Part shown: positions 24,153 through 35,331 of the stretch, piece by piece
How positions within the stretch are numbered: the stretch's first letter is position 1
Layout of the letters: each line of letters starts with the position of its first letter
Source: an uncultured Nitrososphaeraceae archaeon
GTDB lineage: Archaea; Thermoproteota; Nitrososphaeria; Nitrososphaerales; Nitrososphaeraceae
Length of the DNA stretch: 64,000 nucleotides
Assembly: GCA_963825865.1 (NCBI GenBank)
Contig: CAWGVG010000014.1
Location: forward strand, 64,001-128,000
Direction: 5' to 3'
Notes under the pieces: generated by a model
The model's input: only the letters and a program-made list of their open reading frames with translations
The model's database searches: none
Told to the model about the DNA's origin: nothing
Translations under genes and position numbers: made by a program

Positions 24153-24940
24153 ATGGCTACATATTCATATGATGAAATCCACGATGAGGCGATCTCTCGA
24201 GGAGCGCACTTAGGAGAAAGAAAACACCAAGACTTAGGCATTGATACCGAAAGTGGTGGTATAGTTACACAATCATCTGAAAATGCAGTTAGTCAGTCAG
24301 GTAACGATTCACACATCTCGCAAAGGGTTTTCAATACGCTACCTTTGCCATCAGGAGTAACAGGAGGAAGAGGAGCAGATACCTGGAATTAAAGATACAA
24401 CACTACTGATTACACTTCTAAGCGATGTTAATTCTGCTGCTGGATCATCACCCAGGAAACACAAAGTGTATAATTAGTGTTCTAAACATAACAATAAAAG
24501 GTAATCTTATAATTGGAACTGACTGCGATGATATAATTCCTGGAAATGATACGAATGACATTATATTTACCCTCGCAGGAAACAACGAAGCATACGGTGG
24601 TAGTGGTAATGATATAATTTATGCAGGCTCAGGTGAAGATAGATTGTATGGTGATAAGGGAAATGATATATTGGACGGTGGGCCTGGAACTGATTTACTT
24701 GATGGCGGCCTGGAGATGATATAATTGTAGGAGCACTCGATAACGATTTCTTGGTAGGAGGAACAGGTAATGATGTAGCTGTATGGAGGTCCAGGTGATG
24801 ATGTATTAATTGGAGGATCGGGATCTGATTACTTTGATTGTGGAGACGGATCAGACGTAGTAGTAGACTTTAATCCTAAACAAGGAGATACTTATGCAAA
24901 TAATTGTGAAATTATACTTACTCAAAATACTCTATTATGA
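24153..24940 (+). pseudogene. Second RTX calcium-binding protein, multiply frameshifted
   Basis: GGSGNDIIY, GGPGTDLLD and DYFDCGDGSD..NNCE match the protein at 19805..20494. Confidence 0.75.
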
Positions 24941-25019
24941 TAAAATTTTAATGTATATCCAATTTTGGCGAATCTCAATGATTTTTGGAAAAGAATTTTA
25001 TGATACATTTTAATCTTGG

Positions 25020-25210
25020 ATATCAACTACAAGACTTCCCTATATTCAGCAGTTTCCTTCTAATGGCTGTTGGATTATTTTGGCATAACAGGTTTTTATT
25101 TTCGATGAAAAAAAGAGCAAAATAGATAATCGGTAGATTGTTTTGCAGAGCAGTGGAAATTTAAGATACCAATTGCTACTGGGATATAGATAGATCTAAT
25201 GGTTCAATGA
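25020..25210 (+). pseudogene. Remnant of the 3' end and downstream region of the membrane sensor gene 31054..31896
   Basis: ATGGCTGTTGGATTATTTTGGCATAA and AATCGGTAGATTGTT shared with 31810..31905. Confidence 0.75.
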
Positions 25211-25440
25211 AAAGAAATATTATGTAAAGCATTTTATATTATTTTTGCTCCTAATTTTTATCTACTGGTCTCAATGTGATTCCTTTTCGATCCTTTGGCT
25301 ATAAATAGAAACAGATGGTAAAAATTCCTCGCATATATCTATTGGACTAATAGTATATACCGACCCGGGCCTTCTTTGCTAGTTCTTGTGCTACAAAATG
25401 AACCGTATCGGACTATTATAATATTATTTATTAATGAACA

Positions 25441-26048
25441 ATGATGGAAAGACAAGAAAAGATGACAACAATAACGAATACAACAACACTGTCAAATCCA
25501 ATACTATATGTTCCAAAAATAATGTTTTTGACTAAAGGCAAAGGCTTACATAAAGACTATCTTACAAGCTTCGAATTGGCCTTACGTGACGCAGAAATAG
25601 CTGATCTTAATTTAGTTTCTGTCTCCAGCATAAAACCACCCCACTGTAAGATAATTTCTCTACAAGAAGGCAGAAAGCATCTAATGTCAGGACAAATTGT
25701 TTTTACTGTTTTAGCTCGTTCCTCTACTAACGAACCAAATAGACTGATTGCTGCATCTGTAGGTCTTGCTAGACCTGCAGACAATACACAGTATGGGTAT
25801 CTATCTGAGCACCATTCAACTGGAGAAACAGCACAAAAGCTGGAGATTATGCCGAGGATATGGCTATGGAAATGCTTGCTATAACATTAGGCTTATCAAA
25901 CGATCCGAGACTTAATTGGGATCAAAGAGCAGAACAATGGAAAGTTTCAGGAAAGATTTACAAAACTCAAAATATTACTCAGTCTGCAGAAGGAAACAAG
26001 GATGGCTTGTGGACAACTGTGGTAGGTTCAACTATTCTGATATTATAG
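25441..26048 (+). CDS. pdaD: Pyruvoyl-dependent arginine decarboxylase; frameshift near 25838
   Basis: [17 protein letters not shown] self-cleavage site, [14 protein letters not shown] and GLWTTVV. Confidence 0.9.
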
Positions 26049-26439
26049 GCTATATATGTCGAGCCTAAAAATGGATGTATAATCCATATTTGCCTACATT
26101 CTGTATTTGTTAGCATTCTATTAATTCTCTTTTTGATTACAGTGGTAGCAGGACAATTCTGCTAAATTCGTTTAAATTATATTGATTTGACTTGCCAAGG
26201 CACATTAAGTAAATCAAAATACAAATGCAAAACGCCAAACTAACAGTAGTGAATAACGCTTATAATCTGAATGAGTACATTTGCGTCTTAGCCTTCACCT
26301 TTATTACCACTAGCATCAATACGTACGATTATTATCCTCAGAATATACTTTAGATCTTCCAATAGCTCTCTCTACAGTTAGTATTTCCGATTCTTGTCTT
26401 CTGATTCAGGTATCTAATATCATATCCCTGGTGCTCCAT

Positions 26440-26900
26440 ACACTATGAAAGGTTCTTCAAGAATAACATAGCCATGGGTAGCAATCATTGCGTCGATTGT
26501 TCCATCATTATTATCAATCTTTTTGTTATTGTCCTCTGAAATATCATATCCGCAAAGAACAGATAAATTATCTTGTAGACATTTGTCTATTGTTTTTCAA
26601 AGCCCATATAATGACGAGCAAAACCATTTCTCACCCACCATGTTATATCATTGCTTGCAATTCTGGTTTCATTGTTATTGGTATCAATTAGTCGTAACTT
26701 ATTTAATGAAAGCAATTTGGCTACCCAATTGGATAACTTCTCTGCTACTACTACTTCGTCCTCTTGAGATTCCTGTAAAAGCTCTTCATATAATATACTA
26801 TCGTCAACATATCTAAGAATGTAACTACGATCAACACTTGGTTTTTTAGATAATAAAAGACCCTTTTTACCCTTTGTACCAAAGAATGCAGTTAAACTGA
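26440..26900 (-). pseudogene. Decayed MEDS-domain gene (third paralogue)
   Basis: EKLSNWVAKLLSLNK..TRIASNDITWWVRNG..GFEK/..NLSVLCGYDIS..HGYVILEEPF aligns with the C-terminus of 30095..31057. Confidence 0.75.
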
Positions 26901-27308
26901 AGATTGTCGAATTTCTGACACAAAACCTAATGCAATATAAACTTACCTATGAGTTGCTTGGTAATATGCCCCATAATCAATAAAAAATAAAATTTTATCT
27001 TGAATACACTAATTTGTTGATGCAATACCCAATTTCTGAAATTTGATTTGCAACTGAAACCTGCATACCAGTAGCCTGCCATCTAGCTTGCAGGTAGATT
27101 GTCATGTTAGTTAGAGGAAATAAAGAATCAATAGAGTAAATAAATAAATGTCGAACTGGTAAAAAAATTTGATCTTTATGGATCATTGGATGCTATAGAT
27201 TGTTGTAAAAAGAATATACAGAAGTGAACCATCGCGGAAATGATTTATTACCATAGGTAGTGACATCTTGCAGGGATGGATAATCCACATACAAAAGCAA
27301 AAAGCTGG

Positions 27309-27707
27309 TCAGGAAATATCAAAAAGAATTGTTTTAATTTTATCGTCATTACCTATTAGAGCATTTATCAAGTCGACACGTTCGTCTTTTGAAATATTGT
27401 CACTCGACATTTCAAACGAATCAATTGCCGCGAGTTTCCAGTAGTTGTCAACGGCGTGTTGAATCGATGTATAAGAATTATAGGTTATTTTTCCAAGGCA
27501 AGTTAGGTAATATTTACTCCTTTGTCTTTTTATCAGGCCGGCCTTCATTAATGCATATATTCTTGAATAGTATTGTTTGGGGCTCAGTTGTAGTTCTGTT
27601 ATGAGATCTTCACTATCTTTTTTTTGCATGGCAATACTACTAAAAAGTGCTAACGATTTTTCTTCAGAAATTGCATTTATAATATCTGTAGCAGAAGTTT
27701 TGGACAT
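27309..27707 (-). CDS. Nitrososphaera-type winged-helix transcriptional regulator
   Basis: LSPKQYYSRIYALMKAGLIKRQRSKYYLTCLGK...YWKLAAIDS. Confidence 0.8.
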   Translation of the reverse strand: MSKTSATDIINAISEEKSLALFSSIAMQKKDSEDLITELQLSPKQYYSRIYALMKAGLIKRQRSKYYLTCLGKITYNSYTSIQHAVDNYWKLAAIDSFEMSSDNISKDERVDLINALIGNDDKIKTILFDIS

Positions 27708-28143
27708 AGTTTACCTAAAGAGAAAATTCATAAAAATATTAGAGGACATTCCGCTATTAAGTTTCCAATTAAAGTAACAGCAACACTACTTTAACATATT
27801 AACTGATTTACTTACTAGATAGCAAACCGAAGAAAAAATATGGATTGCTAACCTTAAGATGCGTCTTTTCATCATCCATAACGATATTCCTACTGTAACC
27901 TAGTCTCGGCGTGCTATCCTCCGAAGATTGCAACCCCTTAGTACTAAATGATGTCATGTGAAAAAATCATTATTGTCGGAAAATTATAACTAAGAGCAAG
28001 CCTATCACAATACTGCATTGAGGATATAATTTTGTTTTATATCCATTTTATGGTATAATGGGAAAGAAATTTGTAGTATATTTTTCTTATAGATTATTCT
28101 ATAAGATCTCAGACAATACTAATTTAGGGCCTTCTATAATAGT

Positions 28144-29184
28144 ATGATTAACTTGTTAAACGGCTCATCAATAGTATTTATACATGCAGGGATTCTCTCT
28201 TTAGAATCAATAATAGCGGAATTATTGCATTCAAGTCTCAACATTCCTTCCTTAGCTATTGCAGCTATTAGCATTCCTATAGCTGGAGCAACATTATTAT
28301 CCTCTTTCATATTAACGACTAAGAAAAAGAGTAACAAATTTACAGTTTTCAAACTATGGAAAGTTTTAATTCCTGCCTCGATCTTTCTTGCAATTGGAAT
28401 TTTTACATGGTATGATTCAGTCAGCAGGATAGGTGCTTCAAAGGATGGCCTACTTGCCGGTCCGCTAGAAACGGTTACAATTTTATTCCTTGCAAGATTT
28501 TTTTTAGGCGATAGACTAAGTAAGTCGCAGAGCCTTGGAGTAATACTTGCATTAGTAGGTTTTTTTGTGACTCTCGAAAATGGAAGCATGTTTTCACAAT
28601 TAAAATCATCTGTATTTACTATCGGAGATATTGAAGCAATAATATCGTCTATTACGTTTGCAACTGGCTATGTTTTTACAACTAAATTGGTTAGAACGTG
28701 TTCCACTATTGAGGTAACAGGTTCTTGCCTCTTGTTTTCAGGCTTGATTTTAATCGCAATATTTTCTATGTCCGTTGTGAGTGATGGTAGATTTTCATTT
28801 CCTTCTTTTAATTTAACTTGGATATCACTACAAAATTGTACATTACTGATGCTATTTTCGTTGGTCCCTCTATCTTCAGCTTTATTTTACAATATGGGTT
28901 TAAATAAAATTGGAGCTTCGCTTACATCTACTATCGCATCGTCGACTATATTGCTAACAATAATCTTCCAAGTTTCCTTGTATGAGCTTGGAATTAACAG
29001 CATATTGCCACTCGATATTCCAATAGCAATCACAGGAGCCATTTTAGGAATTTTTGGCATATGTATAGTTCACATGAACAATATTGTATTATTTATTAGA
29101 TTTTGGCATATGTGCAAAACACCTTTTAAAAAGCTAATTGCTGTGGAAAACGTATCAGCTACTGCAATAAAAATGAGATCATAA
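28144..29184 (+). CDS. DMT/EamA-family transporter
   Basis: About 10 TM helices in two repeats; IGASKDGLLAGPLE...ARFFLGDRL and GLNKIGASLTS. Confidence 0.88.
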   Translation: MINLLNGSSIVFIHAGILSLESIIAELLHSSLNIPSLAIAAISIPIAGATLLSSFILTTKKKSNKFTVFKLWKVLIPASIFLAIGIFTWYDSVSRIGASKDGLLAGPLETVTILFLARFFLGDRLSKSQSLGVILALVGFFVTLENGSMFSQLKSSVFTIGDIEAIISSITFATGYVFTTKLVRTCSTIEVTGSCLLFSGLILIAIFSMSVVSDGRFSFPSFNLTWISLQNCTLLMLFSLVPLSSALFYNMGLNKIGASLTSTIASSTILLTIIFQVSLYELGINSILPLDIPIAITGAILGIFGICIVHMNNIVLFIRFWHMCKTPFKKLIAVENVSATAIKMRS

Positions 29185-29622
29185 ACTTATCGAGGAGATA
29201 ATACAAAATAATATCGAAAACATTATCTGAAGGAAAAAGTGCCAAGTACAATATACATATTGCTAATATATATAGATTTAAAAGCCAAACAGCAACTTGT
29301 ATAGCAAATAAACCATTTTTCCAAATAACACACGTCTCGGTATCTTTGGTTCACTTTTCAAACTTAATAGGTACACCTTTATAGTTCGTTCTTATTTTTT
29401 TGACCCTTTCCTTTGAAACTTTCCAATATACTTTTTTAGTGTGTGTTTTCCCGCGCCTAACTGTTATATTTCGTACCATTTGCGTATACATTTATCAGTT
29501 ATCAACCTGAGGCATTACATTACCTAATCCGGATAAAATTTCACATTATGTCTAATTTTTAACAAATCACCTAAAACAATATCAGATATATTTTTATATT
29601 ATACCCTTCTACGGAGATTTAA

Positions 29623-30117
29623 ATGGTTTCTTACCAGGAGGTTATACTTGTATTATCTGATAGTAGAACAATGAATCTATTCAGAGGTATTGCCCATACA
29701 AATCATATTGGCGATATAACAAATCTAAGACTTACTCGCAAGCAGTATTACTCAAGGCTGTCTGAGTTGATAAAGTCTGGTTTGATACATAGAAAAAAAG
29801 GCAAATATTTCCTTACAACATTTGGAAAAATAGTTTTTGATGCTCTAACGCATGTTCAACAGAAAATTGAATATGCAATAACTAATATTTGGAAACTTAA
29901 GGCAATCGACTCTCTAGAAGCATATCAGGAGCCATCTAAAGAAGAGCTTGAGACAATTATTGACGCCTTATTAGGCAACAACAATAACGACATAAAGAGG
30001 ATAATAATAAAAGAAGAGAATTCATCATCACATAATATAATTGCAGAAGGAATGCAAGGGGTTAACAACAATACGGAGATGGCCAAAAAAAATAATGTCT
30101 ACAAAAATGAATTCTGA
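29623..30117 (+). CDS. Nitrososphaera-type winged-helix regulator
   Basis: LTRKQYYSRLSELIKSGLIHRKKGKYFLTTFGK...WKLKAIDS. Confidence 0.8.
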   Translation: MVSYQEVILVLSDSRTMNLFRGIAHTNHIGDITNLRLTRKQYYSRLSELIKSGLIHRKKGKYFLTTFGKIVFDALTHVQQKIEYAITNIWKLKAIDSLEAYQEPSKEELETIIDALLGNNNNDIKRIIIKEENSSSHNIIAEGMQGVNNNTEMAKKNNVYKNEF

Positions 30118-31057
30118 ATGTCTGTCTATCCTAGAGGAGCTAGAATATATTTCTGTAGCTCCCAGGTCTGATCAAATTATTTCCGACATCATAATAAAAT
30201 GTCTTGAACAAATTGGAAAATCATATTCTAAAGCCATATTGTATAATATATGTTCACTCAACAATCTATCAGAATACGAGTTATTAACAAACTATGATTT
30301 ATTTGAAAAATCATTGAACAGTGCATTAGGTAAGGCAGGAAATGCAATTCTTAATATTATTAAAAAGGAAATTCTAACATATGCTGTAATGTCAGAGTCA
30401 GGTATTACAGTAGGGGAAATTCTAAATCCGTCTCTTAAAATTAGTGATGTTGTAAAATTTATCCACGAGGCAGAGATATTTGATTTTGTGAGGAACATGG
30501 GATCTCATCATCATACCATATTGTTATACTCAAAAGAAAATTTCAGAAATAAAATATCGGAGCAGTTCTTGAATTCTAGAAAATCCGGATTTAGCGCTTA
30601 TCATCCAAAGGCTGGTCTTTTATCTAATCAAACCATAAAGAAGAATATCAACCCTAGTATAGTTAACAGTTTGTCATTTGAGAAACTATTTCAGCCGACA
30701 ATAAATAAGACATCAATACAGAAATTATTGTACTGGATAGCCAAATCGCATTCATTAAATAAATCACAAGAAGATGTAGATTATAAATCAACAACAAGAG
30801 TTGTAGGAGATGGTACTTGGTGGTTAGAAAACAGCAACGTTGAGTGGCTAGTATCTTTTGAAAAGTTAATTAATAAATACAAAGCTGCCAATAATATGTC
30901 TATGTTATGCGCATTTGATATTTCAAAGATATCCGTATCAAATATGAGCACGACAATGAAACAAATAATTTCATACCACGATAGTGTGATTACAGATAAC
31001 CCATTTGCCATCTATAATAGTAGAACACCAAAAACGAAAATTAGGGCGAGACATTGA
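30095..31057 (+). CDS. NitrOD5 (DUF3227)-like plus MEDS-like domain protein
   Basis: N-terminal CLEQIGKSYSKAILY..FEKSLNSALG; then HHTILLY..EQFL, TRVVGDGTWW..SFEK..MLCAFD..IISYHDSVI. Confidence 0.65.
   Translation: MSTKMNSECLSILEELEYISVAPRSDQIISDIIIKCLEQIGKSYSKAILYNICSLNNLSEYELLTNYDLFEKSLNSALGKAGNAILNIIKKEILTYAVMSESGITVGEILNPSLKISDVVKFIHEAEIFDFVRNMGSHHHTILLYSKENFRNKISEQFLNSRKSGFSAYHPKAGLLSNQTIKKNINPSIVNSLSFEKLFQPTINKTSIQKLLYWIAKSHSLNKSQEDVDYKSTTRVVGDGTWWLENSNVEWLVSFEKLINKYKAANNMSMLCAFDISKISVSNMSTTMKQIISYHDSVITDNPFAIYNSRTPKTKIRARH
30809..31024 (+). repeat. 216-bp perfect inverted repeat, arm 1
   Basis: Reverse complement of 33811..34026 with no mismatch seen. Confidence 0.92.
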
Positions 31058-31896
31058 AAACACAACAGGAATTAAATGTAAAGACAGTTCGTAGGAAGCT
31101 TGTTTTTGCATTGATTGTGTGTATTATAGTAACTGACTCTCTCATTGCATTTACACCACAAGAAAACAGGCTTGTTGTTGGTGATATTGTAGTTCCAACC
31201 TCTATAATTATTGCAACAGCTCTTTCACTAATAGTAGTGTACAGACAAAAGATGGATGGCTTAATTGGAAAGGCTTATGCTTTTCTTGCATTAGGATTAA
31301 CGTTATGGTGTATTGCTGAGATCCTTTGGAGCATTACTGAGCTTGTGCTCGGACAGAAAAGGCCATTTCCATCTGTTTCAGACGGTTTATGGTTAGTAGC
31401 GTACGGACCTCTAATATATTATGCTTTTCGCATGTATAATGCCTTTCATAAAAGTTCTTCGAGCAAATTTAGTATCGTTTTGGTATCCATAGGCGTTGCA
31501 GCCTATCTATTATATACAATACCATTGACTGCTTCTACATTTGAACTTTCTAAACAAGATGATTTCTATTTATTCTTAATCAGCATATCATATTCAATTT
31601 TAGATATGGTCTTCATTTTTCCTGCGTCATTGATAATTCTGAATGCTCCAAAGAGAGGAATAGGAGGAGATTTAACATCCATTCCATGGATATTTTTAGC
31701 CATGGTTGTTATTGCTGTTGCCGATATCGTTTTTGGATTTACTTCTGTTGCCGGTTTGGATAGATTAGAGTGGACATCTACTCCAATCTACTCAGCGGGT
31801 TACCTTCTGATGGCTGTTGGATTATTTTGGCATAATAGATTTTTTATATTCGACGAAAAGAAAGTAAATGAAAATTGGCAGAAAGAAAATCGGTAG
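31054..31896 (+). CDS. Stand-alone multi-TM sensor-like membrane protein
   Basis: About 8 TM helices; LGLTLWCIAEILW..PFPSVSDGLWL and SYSILD motifs of membrane sensor domains usually fused to kinases/cyclases; overlaps the MEDS stop. Confidence 0.7.
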   Translation: MKTQQELNVKTVRRKLVFALIVCIIVTDSLIAFTPQENRLVVGDIVVPTSIIIATALSLIVVYRQKMDGLIGKAYAFLALGLTLWCIAEILWSITELVLGQKRPFPSVSDGLWLVAYGPLIYYAFRMYNAFHKSSSSKFSIVLVSIGVAAYLLYTIPLTASTFELSKQDDFYLFLISISYSILDMVFIFPASLIILNAPKRGIGGDLTSIPWIFLAMVVIAVADIVFGFTSVAGLDRLEWTSTPIYSAGYLLMAVGLFWHNRFFIFDEKKVNENWQKENR

Positions 31897-32197
31897 ATTG
31901 TTCCCGTGTGTAATGGAGATTAAAGATACCGATCGCCAGAGATATAGATTGAATAGCATAACGAAAAAAAAGATTTACCATTATTTTCATATTTTTAATT
32001 TTATTGTCCCTTATTTAATAATTCAGCAGCATGGGAGGAGTTTTGTAATTCCCTTGTTTGTATGCATTCTTTGGTTCTGATGGGGATATCCATTGACCGT
32101 GTGCAGTAGTTGCTAATGTTATTGCAGACATTATTATTAATCCTAAGCCGCCTTGAGTAATCTTATAATCGATATTTTACCACTAACCCAATAACAG

Positions 32198-33246
32198 TAG
32201 ATCTCTTGCGTAATTAGCAGCTATAGTCTAACACCCTACTTGTTTTAGCCGTCTTCTTAGATTGAAATGCTGTCAGACTGTATAACTCTGAAGTTCAGGA
32301 GACCTGGATATTATATCAGATACGTTATTGTACTTCCTTAATCTGTTTCTAAATTTAGTACCCATTATTCCAAACTTTTTGATTCTACATATGGTATGTT
32401 CTACTATGATCCTTAGCCTAGAATGATTCTTGTTGTAAGTTCTTTCATCACATGAAAGCAATGTACCCTTTTTCTTTTTGATACGAAGTACAGACTTTAC
32501 AGTGGGAAAGTCCTTTTCAATGCCAAGATAACCAAGATCAACTATGTTTTCAACTTGTGATGGAGTTATAGAATGATTGTGTTTGTAAATGTCATAATCA
32601 TGTTTTCTTCCACTTCTGTGACCTGTCTTATGCAGTATCAATCCTTCACTGTTTACCATCAATTGTGTCTTGACAGTATGTTTCTTCTTTCTACCTGAAT
32701 AGTAACTCTTCCTTCTTCTTTTGTTCTTAGGTCTTGGAATTTCTTGTTCTGTAGAGTCTATGAAAGCCTTGAATCCAGGAAAGTACTCTTCTACTTCATC
32801 TATAGTTCTTAATCTCCTAGTACGTTTGTATATCTTCTTTGGCAATGGAATACACTCCTTGATAAGTGGTTCCATCATTGATATATCTCTACAAACATTG
32901 CTTTGATCAAGGTCAAACAGAAATCCTGATAATGTATATGTAATGTATAATCTGTAGTATACTAGAAGCATAACGAATCTTTCTTTAACTTTAAGCTTAA
33001 ATGGTCTACCAGCACCTATATCCCGTATTCTCATCCTTGATAGAAGACGTCTTCTTTCGTGCTCTTCGTAGTTATGTTCAATTTCGTTACAAATGGATTC
33101 AAATTCAGATACAGTTACTCCGGTAAATGACCTGAATATCAAAGGTTTCTTACATAATTTGCTATAGGACATCAAAGAGCTTGTCAGATAGATATCCTAT
33201 GTGAAGAGGAATATAGCTCTAAGCTTCTAATTACACAAGAGATCTA
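32198..33246 (-). mobile_element. IS5-family element, type B copy 1 (HTH_Tnp_4/DDE_Tnp_4-like transposase 32273..33175)
   Basis: FRSFTG, FIDSTEQ, YSGRKKKHTVK, VDLGYLG and RIIVEH; TIR TAGATCTCTTGYGTAATTAG. Confidence 0.92.
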
Positions 33247-33789
33247 GTATTGTAGAATGCTATGCTATGCTTATGAATTGAAATTTCATAATTGGGTATT
33301 ATTATCTATTGTAAAGAGTCATTAGATTGCAATATGAAAAATCTACCAAAGTCTCAGACTATGGATGATTAGGTTTTTTAGTTCAGTTGGAAAAATATAG
33401 GATAGGATAGAGGAGCAATATAAAAGAGAGATGGTAAACGAAAATAAAGAAGAAATGGCATACAGTTTGCCAAACAATTCCGACATTAATAGATTAGTCC
33501 TTTATTTAATACATGATGGACAAATTGGTGATAATTATATACCAGATTACAATACTATAGTTTCCAAGTATATGAAACTAGGGCTATGTAGAAAACAGAG
33601 TGTATTTATCGTTTTGTAATGATAAATACTGCACAACAACTCAGACTAATATTTGTGTTTATGAGCACATCAATAGCTTGCTGTTAGGTTGTTATTCGAA
33701 AGAGCTTTTGTCAATCTGTTAACCGATAGCGTGTGAGGATCGGCATTAAATACGCTTGTTGTGTCTTTTGGCGCCATTCCAATTTTTCC

Positions 33790-34770
33790 TCAGAATTTCT
33801 TTCTTCGTGCTCTACTATTATAGATGGCAAATGGGTTATCTGTAATCACACTATCGTGGTATGAAATTATTTGTTTCATTGTCGTGCTCATATTTGATAC
33901 GGATATCTTTGAAATATCAAATGCGCATAACATAGACATATTATTGGCAGCTTTGTATTTATTAATTAACTTTTCAAAAGATACTAGCCACTCAACGTTG
34001 CTGTTTTCTAACCACCAAGTACCATCCACTTCTGCAATCCTTGTTGTTGATTTATTATTATTATTATTATTATTATGTTGTGATTCATTTAATGATTGCA
34101 GATTGGCTATCCAGGAGGATAGCTTCTTCATCGATATGTCATTTATTGTCTGCCCAAGTATCTCCCCATATGACAAATTATTTACTATCAGAGGATTGAT
34201 ATTATTATCTACGGTTTGGTTTGACAAAAGACCTATTGGAGCACGATATGTGTGATTATCAAATGTTGATTTATCACAATTTAAAAATTGTGCCAATATT
34301 TTATTTCTGAAATTTTCTTTTGAGTATAATAATATGGTATGATGATGATGTCGCGCATTACTCACAAAATCAAATATCTCTGCCTCTTGGATAAATTTTA
34401 CAACATCACTAATTTTAAGAGACGGATTTAGAATATCATCCACTGTAATACCTGAATTTACAATTACAGCATATGTTAGAATTTCCTTTTTAATAATATT
34501 AAGAATTGCATTTCCTGCCTTACCTAATATACGGTTCAATGATTTTTCAAATAAGTCATAGTTTGTTAATAACTCGTGTTCTGATAGATTATAAAGTGAA
34601 CATATATTATACAATATGGCTTTAGAATATGATTTTCCAATTTGTTCAAGACATTTTATTATGATGTCGGAAATAATTTGATCAGATTCAGGAGCTATAG
34701 AAATATATTCTAGATCATCTAGAATGGATAGATATTCAAAATTCGTTTTTGTAACCTTAATTTTGATCAG
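33790..34770 (-). CDS. NitrOD5-like plus MEDS-like protein, copy 2 (no canonical start for the conserved N-terminus)
   Basis: Paralogue of 30095..31057; the frame is open and homologous upstream of the TTG at 34614, as far as a CTG at 34770. Confidence 0.7.
   Translation of the reverse strand: MIKIKVTKTNFEYLSILDDLEYISIAPESDQIISDIIIKCLEQIGKSYSKAILYNICSLYNLSEHELLTNYDLFEKSLNRILGKAGNAILNIIKKEILTYAVIVNSGITVDDILNPSLKISDVVKFIQEAEIFDFVSNARHHHHTILLYSKENFRNKILAQFLNCDKSTFDNHTYRAPIGLLSNQTVDNNINPLIVNNLSYGEILGQTINDISMKKLSSWIANLQSLNESQHNNNNNNNKSTTRIAEVDGTWWLENSNVEWLVSFEKLINKYKAANNMSMLCAFDISKISVSNMSTTMKQIISYHDSVITDNPFAIYNSRARRKKF
33811..34026 (-). repeat. 216-bp perfect inverted repeat, arm 2
   Basis: Reverse complement of 30809..31024. 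Confidence 0.92.
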
Positions 34771-34780
34771 CTCTTGTATT

Positions 34781-35227
34781 TTACTTTTGCATTTCTTTTG
34801 TAATTAAATTACGTGATGATGATGAATGCGGTTCTTTTATTATTACATCTTTTATTTCGTTATTATCTAATAAGGCGTCAATAATTCTTTCAAGCTCTTC
34901 TTTAGATGTTTTTTTGTATACTTCCAGAGAGTCAATTGCCTTAAGTTTCCAAATATTATCTATTGCATATTCAATTTTCTGTTGAACATGCATTAGGGCA
35001 TCATAGACTATTTTACCAAACGTTGTAAGGTAATATCTTCCTTTTTTTCTATGTATCAAACCAGACTTTATCAACTCAGACAGCCTTGAGTAATACTGCT
35101 TGCGAGTAAGTCTTAGATTCGTGATGATGTTCTCATTCTCTGCAGAAGATATACAAACAAATAAATTCATCGTCTTACCATCGGCCAAGATACGCATAAT
35201 GTCATGGTAAGATATCATGCAATTCAC
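34781..35227 (-). CDS. Winged-helix regulator, inverted paralogue of 29623..30117
   Basis: Identical TNLRLTRKQYYSRLSELIKSGLIHRKKG core. Confidence 0.82.
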   Translation of the reverse strand: MNCMISYHDIMRILADGKTMNLFVCISSAENENIITNLRLTRKQYYSRLSELIKSGLIHRKKGRYYLTTFGKIVYDALMHVQQKIEYAIDNIWKLKAIDSLEVYKKTSKEELERIIDALLDNNEIKDVIIKEPHSSSSRNLITKEMQK

Positions 35228-35331
35228 GTCTCTAGGGAAATATTACATATAATATAAAGATTTTCTTGGTAATTTAGCCATTTCTCGATAAATGATATGC
35301 AATAAAATTTTATCCTGATTGAGCAGAGTAT

